Of a DNA stretch of 64,000 bases, positions 9,990 through 18,662 are shown piece after piece. Both the position numbers and the translations under genes were made by a program. The stretch lies in the NCBI GenBank assembly GCA_018675975.1, contig JABGXB010000003.1, forward strand, positions 331,821 through 395,820. The letters run 5' to 3'. The DNA comes from Candidatus Woesearchaeota archaeon. GTDB lineage: Archaea; Nanobdellota; Nanobdellia; Woesearchaeales; JABGXB01. Every line of letters begins with the position of its first letter. Position 1 is the first letter of the stretch. The notes beneath the pieces were generated by a model, which did no database searches, had not been told where the DNA came from, and worked only from the letters and a program-made list of their open reading frames with translations.

Positions 9990-10739
9990 ATGAACAAAAT
10001 TATACTATTTATATGCATATTTACGCTTTTAAGCTCATTTTCAATAGCATCAAATAATACTAAAATATTAATTGAAACTAATTTAGGTGAAATGCAGCTT
10101 GAATTATATGATAATAAAGCTCAAATTACAGTTAATAATTTTTTAAATTTGACTAAAGAAGGTTTTTATGATGGTCTTACATTTCATAGGGTTATAAAAA
10201 ATTTTATGATACAAGGTGGAGATCCATTAGGAAATGGCTTAGGTGGTCCAGGATATAATATTCAAGATGAATTTAGAGTTGATTTAAGGCATGATAAGCT
10301 TGGAATTTTATCAATGGCTAATAAAGGAATCAAAAATACAGGCGGAAGTCAATTTTTCATAACATTAGCCCCAACTCCTTGGCTTGATGGAAAACATACA
10401 ATTTTTGGAAAAGTCATTGATGGATACAATACACTTAGAAGAATTGGAAATATTAAAGTTGATGAAAAAAATAGTAAACCAATACAAGATGTAATTATAA
10501 AAAAAATAAAAATTCTAAATCCAGAAAATAATCAAGTGGAATCAGAAAGTAATAATTGGATAAAATATTTAATTATTTTAATAATAGTAATAATAATTGC
10601 AATTATTATATACTATAAAATAAGAGGAAAAAAAGTTGATTCTGAAAAAGAATATGTTGATTTTGAAACATTACAAGCAAAAAAAGACATAGAAGAAAAA
10701 AAAGTGGAAGAAAAAAATCCATTTGAAGAATTTAAATAA
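9990..10739 (+). CDS. Secreted, membrane-anchored cyclophilin-type peptidyl-prolyl isomerase
   Basis: Signal peptide, FHRVIKNFMIQGGDP, GILSMAN, GSQFFIT, WLDGKHTIFG, then C-terminal TM helix and charged tail. Confidence 0.93.
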   Translation: MNKIILFICIFTLLSSFSIASNNTKILIETNLGEMQLELYDNKAQITVNNFLNLTKEGFYDGLTFHRVIKNFMIQGGDPLGNGLGGPGYNIQDEFRVDLRHDKLGILSMANKGIKNTGGSQFFITLAPTPWLDGKHTIFGKVIDGYNTLRRIGNIKVDEKNSKPIQDVIIKKIKILNPENNQVESESNNWIKYLIILIIVIIIAIIIYYKIRGKKVDSEKEYVDFETLQAKKDIEEKKVEEKNPFEEFK

Positions 10740-10742
10740 TTT

Positions 10743-11756
10743 TTATTTGTAAATTTCAGTATAGTTTTGTTCATCTGCAATTCCTTGATTAACAAAACCA
10801 TATAATTTTTTTTTATAATCTTCTGGTGTTTCCTTACCTTCGACTAAATGATCATAAGTTAAACCTAAATCATTTGTATCTTTAACTTGTGAAAATCCAA
10901 AAGGTAACTGCACTGATCTTTTTTCTATTTCGGTCATACCGCTTTCAGTAAGTGCTTGAGAACTTGATTTTAAACCATATTCTATTTGAGTTAAAGCTTT
11001 AGTTTTTGCCTCGGCAGTAATTTCTTTAGTTTTAATAACTTCTAATTCTAATTGTTTAGATTCTTTTGAAAAATTATTTTTTTTATGATTATCAACATCA
11101 TAATGTTTTCCTGTAAATAAATCTCTATTTTTATTAGAATCGTCATATAATTCAAAAAAATTATCTTTTACTGATTCTAAATGAAAATAAGAATTTGGTT
11201 CTGAAACTCTCCAGTTTTCTTTTTTAAAATCTTCTTCTCTCTTAGGCCTTACTCCACCATATAAATTTGGATTTGTTTCATCATAAGAATTTAAAGCTTG
11301 TTTTTCAATAAGACTATCCAAACCTTCTACAACATTATTACCGTCTTTTTCAATTTTTAATAATGTACTTTCATATTTTTTTTGTAAATTTTCTTCTATA
11401 TAACCAATTTTATCTTCTGAATATTTTTTAAAATCTTCACATTTTGTTTCTAATTCATCAATTTTTTTTTCAAATGCTTTTTTTTGTTTTTTATTTAATT
11501 TTTTACCAAATTCTTTTTCTTTTAATTCTAAAGTATATTTACTTGGATTTTCAATATATTCTAAAAATTCTGGTGCATTTATTTCAAATTCTTTTAATTT
11601 AGAATTTAAATCTTCATCAAATCTTAAAATCCCATCAGTGATTGAATATTTCATAGCATCTAAGGGTTTAAATTCAAATTTACTTCTAAATTCAAAATCA
11701 GATTGATTTTTTAAATAAGCCAATAAAAATACCATATTATTAAGCATTAAATCCAT
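10743..11756 (-). CDS. Hypothetical protein (charged, coiled-coil rich)
   Basis: Long ORF with its own TATA box 29 nt upstream of ATG 11756. No motif recognised. Confidence 0.75.
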   Translation of the reverse strand: MDLMLNNMVFLLAYLKNQSDFEFRSKFEFKPLDAMKYSITDGILRFDEDLNSKLKEFEINAPEFLEYIENPSKYTLELKEKEFGKKLNKKQKKAFEKKIDELETKCEDFKKYSEDKIGYIEENLQKKYESTLLKIEKDGNNVVEGLDSLIEKQALNSYDETNPNLYGGVRPKREEDFKKENWRVSEPNSYFHLESVKDNFFELYDDSNKNRDLFTGKHYDVDNHKKNNFSKESKQLELEVIKTKEITAEAKTKALTQIEYGLKSSSQALTESGMTEIEKRSVQLPFGFSQVKDTNDLGLTYDHLVEGKETPEDYKKKLYGFVNQGIADEQNYTEIYK

Positions 11757-11819
11757 AAAAGAACAATACAATTAACATTTATAAAAGTTGGTTTTTGTTG
11801 TCACTAAATGATGGTTAAA

Positions 11820-13199
11820 TTAAAAATTGGAATTTAAAATATTTTCATCTATTTGTTTAATTTTTTTAATAATTTCCTCTTCATGTTCTTTTTTGGTAAC
11901 TGCACCTGAGGCTTGTTTATGCCCGCCGGCTTCACCACCATAATTTTCTACTAATTTTCTTGCTAAATTATTTAGGTTATAATTACTTTTATTATGAACT
12001 CTAAAAGATAACTTAAAATTATTTTTTTGATAGGCTGAAATAATTACAATTTTTTTAGTTTGTTCTATTCCACCTTTAGTTAACATAGAACTTAAAATGC
12101 CAACTAAATTAGGATTTAATTTATCTTTATAATTAATATAAATTATTAAATCATTTTCAAAAACAGTTCCATTAGCTCTCATATCATAATAAATTTTCAT
12201 TGCATTTGATATTTGACTTTTATATTTTTTATTTTCAATTTTAACTTCAGTTAAATTATTACACAAATCTAAACAAAAATCAATACCAAGTTTGACATTA
12301 AATAATCTTGAAAGTCCATTTAAATAAGTAGAAATTTCTTTTGCTTCATATAATTTACCCTCATCATTTAATAAATTAGGATGAATTAAAATATGATATG
12401 AAAATAAATATTTTCTTAAATGAAATGGAGTGATTTTTTTTATTGCATTCACTAATTTTTTTTGTTGATTTCCATCAATTTGTGAAAATGTTTTTTTTCC
12501 GTCTATATTTAATTTTTTTAAAAATTCATAAACATAACTTTCTTTTCTATATAATTTAGGAATTTTAAAATCTCCACTAAATGTCAATGTAAAAGAAAGT
12601 GGTTGACTATTAAGTCTAAAAATATTTAATTCTTTTCTAACAATAACAATTTTGTTATCAACTGCTTCTTGTTGTAAAATTCTATTCAAATATAAAAAAT
12701 TATTTTGATATTGATAATCCCCAAATGCACCTATTAATGATAAATAAATAAATTTTTTAATTTCAGGATTTAATTCTTTTAAAATTAAATATGAAATCCC
12801 TGCAGTAGAAATTTCTTTACTTCCATTTATACCAAATAAAAAAGGATTAATGAAAATAATATTTTCAGGAAGTTGACAATCATCTTCTATTTCATGATGA
12901 TCAATAATTATCACCCTATTTTTATTTGATAATTTTTTTTTAATACTATTTAATTTTAAACTACCTGAATCTAAAATAATTACATTTTTTTGAGGCATAT
13001 TACTTATTTCATCAATACATTCGTCGTCCAATTGTTGTATTATTTTTAAATGTGGATTTTTATCTTCATAGAATTTCTTAAAAAGAGATAATGAAGTAAC
13101 ACCATCAGTATCTAGATGTGAAACTACTAAAATGTCATCCATATTAAAATAAGGTTGATTTTTTTCTAAAAAAGAAAAAAAAGATTCGTAATCATTCAT
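11820..13199 (-). CDS. DHH-family RecJ/Cdc45-like (GAN-like) nuclease
   Basis: SHLDTDG, LDSGS, IIDHH, GAFGD, GGEAGGH..ASGA. Directly downstream of uS15, a conserved archaeal pairing. Confidence 0.9.
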   Translation of the reverse strand: MNDYESFFSFLEKNQPYFNMDDILVVSHLDTDGVTSLSLFKKFYEDKNPHLKIIQQLDDECIDEISNMPQKNVIILDSGSLKLNSIKKKLSNKNRVIIIDHHEIEDDCQLPENIIFINPFLFGINGSKEISTAGISYLILKELNPEIKKFIYLSLIGAFGDYQYQNNFLYLNRILQQEAVDNKIVIVRKELNIFRLNSQPLSFTLTFSGDFKIPKLYRKESYVYEFLKKLNIDGKKTFSQIDGNQQKKLVNAIKKITPFHLRKYLFSYHILIHPNLLNDEGKLYEAKEISTYLNGLSRLFNVKLGIDFCLDLCNNLTEVKIENKKYKSQISNAMKIYYDMRANGTVFENDLIIYINYKDKLNPNLVGILSSMLTKGGIEQTKKIVIISAYQKNNFKLSFRVHNKSNYNLNNLARKLVENYGGEAGGHKQASGAVTKKEHEEEIIKKIKQIDENILNSNF

Positions 13200-13228
13200 A
13201 AAATAAAAATAAATTCTTAAATTAAAAA

Positions 13229-13684
13229 TTATTCTGTTAAGAATCTAATTTTGTCTATATCATATGTCCAATCAGATGATAATCTTTTTTTATTTTTATA
13301 ATAAGTAACTAACCTTGCAATTTTTGACTCTGTAAGTCTTAAACCTCTTTTTGCCGGTTGATCTTTCTTATTTTTTTCCAAATGTTTCTTTAAAAAAACA
13401 ATTTTTTTTAATAGACATAGTAAATCTTCTGGAATTTCACCAGCTGTATTATTATTTAATAAGAATTTTACAATTGGCATCCCAATAATAGTCTTTACAC
13501 AAGGAATACCATAAGTATCTCTTAATACTAAACCCACTTGACTTGGTGAAATACCTTCTTTTGTAAATTTTAAAATTAATGCTTCTAACTCTTCTTTAGA
13601 ATAATTTACCCATTTTGGATTTTCCATACCAAATGGCTTTTTTGACTTGGATTTACCCTTATCTCTTGAAAACATTCGTGACAT
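13229..13684 (-). CDS. rps15: 30S ribosomal protein uS15 (archaeal)
   Basis: MSRM..R.KGKS.S.KP, PSQVGLVLRDTYGIP, IPEDL, LTESKI.RL..YYK. Confidence 0.97.
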   Translation of the reverse strand: MSRMFSRDKGKSKSKKPFGMENPKWVNYSKEELEALILKFTKEGISPSQVGLVLRDTYGIPCVKTIIGMPIVKFLLNNNTAGEIPEDLLCLLKKIVFLKKHLEKNKKDQPAKRGLRLTESKIARLVTYYKNKKRLSSDWTYDIDKIRFLTE

Positions 13685-13760
13685 TTTTTTTCTCCAGTAT
13701 AAATTAGCAATTAAACCAATTTACCCTATTTCAGAAATTTTTAGTTAATTTATAAATATA

Positions 13761-13938
13761 TGGTTGGATCTCTCCAACCAAACACCTCTTTCCCGAAAGA
13801 ATATAAATAAATTGGTTGGACAATTCTAAAGGGGTAGTTTGAGAAAAGGCATCCAACCAATTTGAAATCCCTAAAAATTTATACATTTTTAGGGGAATAG
13901 CTGATTTATGATAACACATTTTCATGTGTTGCTTATAA
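13761..13938. ncRNA. Candidate structured RNA or uS15 leader element, family not recognised
   Basis: Four perfect inverted repeats in about 170 nt. On the minus strand two carry GNRA tetraloops (GAGA, GAAA). Confidence 0.55.
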
Positions 13939-13986
13939 TAAATATTAGATAAAAAAAAGATTTAAAATTAATGCAAATACATAACG

Positions 13987-15933
13987 TTATTTAATTTTGA
14001 AAAAAGAATTTACCAATTCAGTATATTCTTTTGAAATTTTTATATGCCAATCATTTGGAAAACAAGAATAATAATTTGAATGAATATATCTCTCATCTAT
14101 AAAAATTATTACTCCCCTATCAGACTCAGTCCTTATACACCTACCTGCACTTTGAATTGTTTTTGACATTGCTGGATAAATATATCCATAATTCCAACCC
14201 TGTCCATATTTTTTTTGATAAAAATCAATTGTACGTTTAGTAATTAAATTGGGTGTACCTAAAGGCAATCCAACTATTATAACACCTTGTAATTGATCAC
14301 CTGGCAAATCAATCCCTTCTGCAAAACTTCCATTTGAAACGGCTAATAAAACTGCACCAATTTCTTTATATGAAATAAAATTTTTAATCAAATCACTTCT
14401 ATCAACCTTAGTCATACCAGGAAATTCATTAAAAATTGTTTTATTATTTTTATATTGAAAATAAGGTGCCACCATATCTTTAAATTTATAAGATGGGAAA
14501 AAAATTGAGACATTACCTGGAATATTGTTTAACAAATTTGAAATATGTTCACCTATTTTTTTAAAATTAGTTTCAGTTCTCATTGTATAACGAGAACTTG
14601 TTTCTGGTATAATTAAATTAAGTCTATTATTATTTGAAAAAGTTGTTTCATATTCTTTTAATATCACATCATCAGAAAACCCCAATAAATCTTTATACAT
14701 TGAAGTAGGATTTAATGTTGCACTCATCATCAATGTACTATGAACTGAATTTATTAATTCTTTACAAATAATTGAAGAATCTAAACACGCAAAAGAAAAT
14801 TTAAATAATTTTTTTGAACCAAGTTCACTATAATTTAAAATACGTATATAACCTTGTTTATCGATTTCCCATTCCAATAAAAAATCAATTAAATTTTGTA
14901 ATACAGATTTATGTTTAGGTTCATCAAATTTTTTGTCTAATTCAATTAAGGTATCTATTATTTGATCATAAGATAATTTTGTTGATTTTTCTATTAAATC
15001 ATATAAATCATTTTTTGTTATTTCTAATTCTTCAATTCTATGTCTTATTAAATTGTGTTCCATATAATTTTGTAATCCAGTGAATATATTGTCAACTAAT
15101 TCTAATTCAGAATTAAACAATTTTTGAGCTAAAATTTTTTGTAATCTACTAAGAGATAATCCATTTAATGAAAAACTACCTAAATCCTTAATTCTACTCG
15201 GTAAATTGTGAGCTTCATCAACTATTACTAATAAATCATCAATATCTATTTTAGATTTTTTTAATAATTTTGAACAAATTGAGGGATTAAATAAATGAAA
15301 ATAATCACCTATTACAACATTTGCATCAGAACCTAATAAAGTAGAAACTTCATAATTACATAAATTATATCCATAAATTATTTTAATGGATTCATTAACA
15401 TCTAATGGACTTTTTTGTTTTAATTCAGTTAATGCATTTTTAGTTAAATTAGAAAACTCACTTTTATTTTTTAAATTAGTGAAATATTTACAACTTCCAG
15501 TTTCCCTATGTAATTTACAAAAATTAGAAAATTCACCATTATTCATTATTTGTGCATTAGGTTGATTACACATCCATTTTTTTCCAATTAAATCTAAAAC
15601 TATAATTTTTTTTCCAAATTTATTTTGAATTAATTTAATTGTATCAATAACTGCTTTATGTTGAGTAGTCCTACTAGTCAAAAAAAACACTTTTTTTTTA
15701 TTTTCTAATGCATAAGTAATTGCAGGAGATAATGCTGCTACTGTTTTTCCAACACCCGTTGGTGCACTGATAATTAAATTTTTTTTATTTTTTAATGCAT
15801 CAAAATAAGTATTCATAAAATCGGTTTGACATGTTCTTAAATTATCAAAAGGAAATAGAAATTTATTCATATTATTTTCAGTACCAATTTTAGTATCTTT
15901 ATTCAATTTATCTGCACTTTTAAAATCCTTCAT
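13987..15933 (-). CDS. xpd: XPD/Rad3-family Fe-S DNA helicase
   Basis: APTGVGKT, four-Cys cluster region, VDEAHNL, MSATL, FAEGID, QSAGRCIR. Confidence 0.92.
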   Translation of the reverse strand: MKDFKSADKLNKDTKIGTENNMNKFLFPFDNLRTCQTDFMNTYFDALKNKKNLIISAPTGVGKTVAALSPAITYALENKKKVFFLTSRTTQHKAVIDTIKLIQNKFGKKIIVLDLIGKKWMCNQPNAQIMNNGEFSNFCKLHRETGSCKYFTNLKNKSEFSNLTKNALTELKQKSPLDVNESIKIIYGYNLCNYEVSTLLGSDANVVIGDYFHLFNPSICSKLLKKSKIDIDDLLVIVDEAHNLPSRIKDLGSFSLNGLSLSRLQKILAQKLFNSELELVDNIFTGLQNYMEHNLIRHRIEELEITKNDLYDLIEKSTKLSYDQIIDTLIELDKKFDEPKHKSVLQNLIDFLLEWEIDKQGYIRILNYSELGSKKLFKFSFACLDSSIICKELINSVHSTLMMSATLNPTSMYKDLLGFSDDVILKEYETTFSNNNRLNLIIPETSSRYTMRTETNFKKIGEHISNLLNNIPGNVSIFFPSYKFKDMVAPYFQYKNNKTIFNEFPGMTKVDRSDLIKNFISYKEIGAVLLAVSNGSFAEGIDLPGDQLQGVIIVGLPLGTPNLITKRTIDFYQKKYGQGWNYGYIYPAMSKTIQSAGRCIRTESDRGVIIFIDERYIHSNYYSCFPNDWHIKISKEYTELVNSFFKIK

Positions 15934-16005
15934 AAATATAAAAAAAAGAATTTGTTTAAAAGAATAATGTATAATTGTCCAGTGACTAATTTTAATTAAT
16001 CAATA

Positions 16006-18558
16006 TCAATTAAATTTTTCTTTATTTTTCCCTTCCATTTCCACTAAATCTAACATAAATCGTTTTGCAGTATTTATTATTTTATCATGTGAAACTCTAT
16101 ATAATTCAGATATTTTACTAACTGGATCATCATTTGATTGATGTGTACTATTTAATATAAATAAATCTAAATCTAATTTTTTATTATTAAAATTTTTCTT
16201 AACTTTTTTCCATTTAATAAAAAGTTCTTCACAACGACTAATTATTAAATCAACTGAGCAATCAAATAAATCACATATATCATTAACTAATTGATCATTT
16301 TTTGAATCAATATTTTTCGCTAAATTTCCAGTAATAAATGTAATTCTTACAATTCCGTCTTGAATTTTATTTGTTTTTAAAATTTTTATATTTTCAATTT
16401 CTGAAGTATTATGAACATGCGTACCACCACAAGCTTCTATATCAATTCCATTAATATTAACTAATCTTAAAACATCTCCAGGAACTGCACCACCTTGATA
16501 AATTTCCATACCAAATTTATTTTCTGCATCATTTCTATTTAAAAAAATTGATTCTACATAAATATTTTGTTTTATTATTTCATTTGCTAAATTTTCAATA
16601 TTATTTTCTTCTTCTTTAGTTAATGCCTTAAAATGTGTAATGTCTAAATGTGCCTTTTCAACAGTTTTTTTTGCACCTGCTTGATTAATATGAGAACCTA
16701 ATATTTTTTTTGCCGCTGCATTTAATACATGTGCACCACTATGATTTTGTGCTAATTGCATTCGTCTATCTTTATCAATATTACAATCAACTACATCACC
16801 TACATTTAAATTATAAACATTATCCAATTTGTGAATAATATATTTTTCAAATTTCATTACATCAATTACATTTTTATCCTCAATAGAACCTAAATCATGT
16901 AATTGACCACCTGACGTAGGATAAAAATATGTTTTGTCTAATATAATATAATTATCTATTATTTTTAATATCTTAGATTGAAAAGTTAATGTTTTATAGT
17001 CATCATAATATAGGATTTCAGTATGATTAATATTAGTTAAATCTAAATTAATATCTGTTTTTGTGGAATGAATTTGTTTAACAATTTCATTTTTTTGCGA
17101 AACTTTAAAAAAAAAATCTGATGGAATTTCAATACTATGTCCATATTGTTTTGCTATGTGTTGTATTAATGAAGGCGAAATACCATTTGAATCATAGAGT
17201 TCAATTAATTTATCTTCACCTAAAAAATTAATTTGTCCAGAATCAATAAGTCGCTTAATAATTGAATTTGCTTTAATTTTATTTTGATTATATTTTTCAA
17301 TTTCAATATTGATTATTTTATGTACAATCTCTAAATTATTTTTCAATTCAGGAAATAATGGTTCTAATATTTTTGCATGCAAGTCTATTATTTCATTTAA
17401 TTTTATATTCCAATTGTATTTTTCAATAAAATCTAAACTTCTTCTCAATATTACTCTCAACATATAACTTCCACCAGAATTTGACGGTAAACCTCCATCA
17501 GATAAAACAAATAATAATGTTCTTGTATGATCAGCTATTGAATAAATACCACTCATTTTTATTATTTCACTTTTTAACTTATTTTTTTCAATACCAGATA
17601 AACTTGAAACTTCATCCCATACTAATTCTATATCATCGACTTCATCTAAATTTAATTTAGAACTAAACGGCACATATTTCATTTGTAATTCTTTATCAAT
17701 TTTATAATTTGCTTTTTCACATAAAAAATTAATTACTTCAGGATAAATGGCATCATAAATTGTAGGGGTAGCTTGAGAAAACCATGCTATTCGCTCCATC
17801 CCCATCCCCATATCTAATACTTTTATTTTTAAGTCTTGTACTCCTTTTTCAGTTTGTTCAGATAACATATATACTTGATTTCCTAATTCTACACCTTTTG
17901 AAAAAAATTCAACACAACAACCTACATTTCCCCCTCCTGCCCAAGCATCTTCGTGAAATATAATTTCAGTTTTATCTATTCCTAATCCTTTTGTTAAATA
18001 ATCATAAATATCCTCAAAAACTTTTTCTTGATTCCATTCATTTGCTTTAACAAATTGATGTTGACCAATCATAATAAAACCAGTACAATGTTGTCCACTA
18101 ATTCCCACATTATCTAAATCAGGAAATCTTACACAAAATTGTGGAATTATTAAAGGATTTGCAGGTGGCTTAACTTCACCTGAAATGACATATGGTTGAA
18201 ATGCTGCAATACTTGAATTTGTAAATTCCATAGTTGGATTCCATCTGGCAACAGTTGGATATCTATTAATTGCAGTATAATTTTTTTGTTCAAATATGGT
18301 TTTAAAATTATTCCAAACATCAATAAAAGATAAATTTTCTTTTGTATTTTTTTTTCCAATAAATTCGCTAATAACGCCAGCTTGAGGATCACCAGATATT
18401 TTTCTATTTGGATCAGTACTCCAAAAAGGAAGTCCAGTTTTTATACAAATATTTCTATGATAACCTTCAGATGTTAAAAATTTAGCAGGATAAAATTGTC
18501 CATAATTGTCTTTATAAAATGGCTTCAATTTATTTTTTAATTCTTTATCCGATAACAT
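16006..18558 (-). CDS. alaS: Alanine--tRNA ligase (archaeal type)
   Basis: RYPTVARW, SIAAFQP, DMGMGMER, IADHTR, FYPTSGGQ, HSGAH and CGGTH editing motifs. Confidence 0.96.
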   Translation of the reverse strand: MLSDKELKNKLKPFYKDNYGQFYPAKFLTSEGYHRNICIKTGLPFWSTDPNRKISGDPQAGVISEFIGKKNTKENLSFIDVWNNFKTIFEQKNYTAINRYPTVARWNPTMEFTNSSIAAFQPYVISGEVKPPANPLIIPQFCVRFPDLDNVGISGQHCTGFIMIGQHQFVKANEWNQEKVFEDIYDYLTKGLGIDKTEIIFHEDAWAGGGNVGCCVEFFSKGVELGNQVYMLSEQTEKGVQDLKIKVLDMGMGMERIAWFSQATPTIYDAIYPEVINFLCEKANYKIDKELQMKYVPFSSKLNLDEVDDIELVWDEVSSLSGIEKNKLKSEIIKMSGIYSIADHTRTLLFVLSDGGLPSNSGGSYMLRVILRRSLDFIEKYNWNIKLNEIIDLHAKILEPLFPELKNNLEIVHKIINIEIEKYNQNKIKANSIIKRLIDSGQINFLGEDKLIELYDSNGISPSLIQHIAKQYGHSIEIPSDFFFKVSQKNEIVKQIHSTKTDINLDLTNINHTEILYYDDYKTLTFQSKILKIIDNYIILDKTYFYPTSGGQLHDLGSIEDKNVIDVMKFEKYIIHKLDNVYNLNVGDVVDCNIDKDRRMQLAQNHSGAHVLNAAAKKILGSHINQAGAKKTVEKAHLDITHFKALTKEEENNIENLANEIIKQNIYVESIFLNRNDAENKFGMEIYQGGAVPGDVLRLVNINGIDIEACGGTHVHNTSEIENIKILKTNKIQDGIVRITFITGNLAKNIDSKNDQLVNDICDLFDCSVDLIISRCEELFIKWKKVKKNFNNKKLDLDLFILNSTHQSNDDPVSKISELYRVSHDKIINTAKRFMLDLVEMEGKNKEKFN

Positions 18559-18662
18559 GATAATATTTTTATACTTTGATATTTAAATTTAACTATTAAA
18601 TGAAATTTATTAAAAAAAAATATAGTTAAATTATTAAATAATGCACAATCTCCCTCAATAAT

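Noticed and set aside
13731..13925. 64-aa ORF upstream of rps15
   Set aside because: Coincides with the inverted-repeat element and has no recognisable protein features. The structure explains the sequence better.
9736..13938. Either structured element as SRP RNA, RNase P RNA or 5S rRNA
   Set aside because: No CAGG..GNRA..AGCA helix-8 loop, no GAGGAAAGUCC-type P4 strand and no 5S CCGAAC loop found on either strand by eye. A very divergent form cannot be fully excluded.
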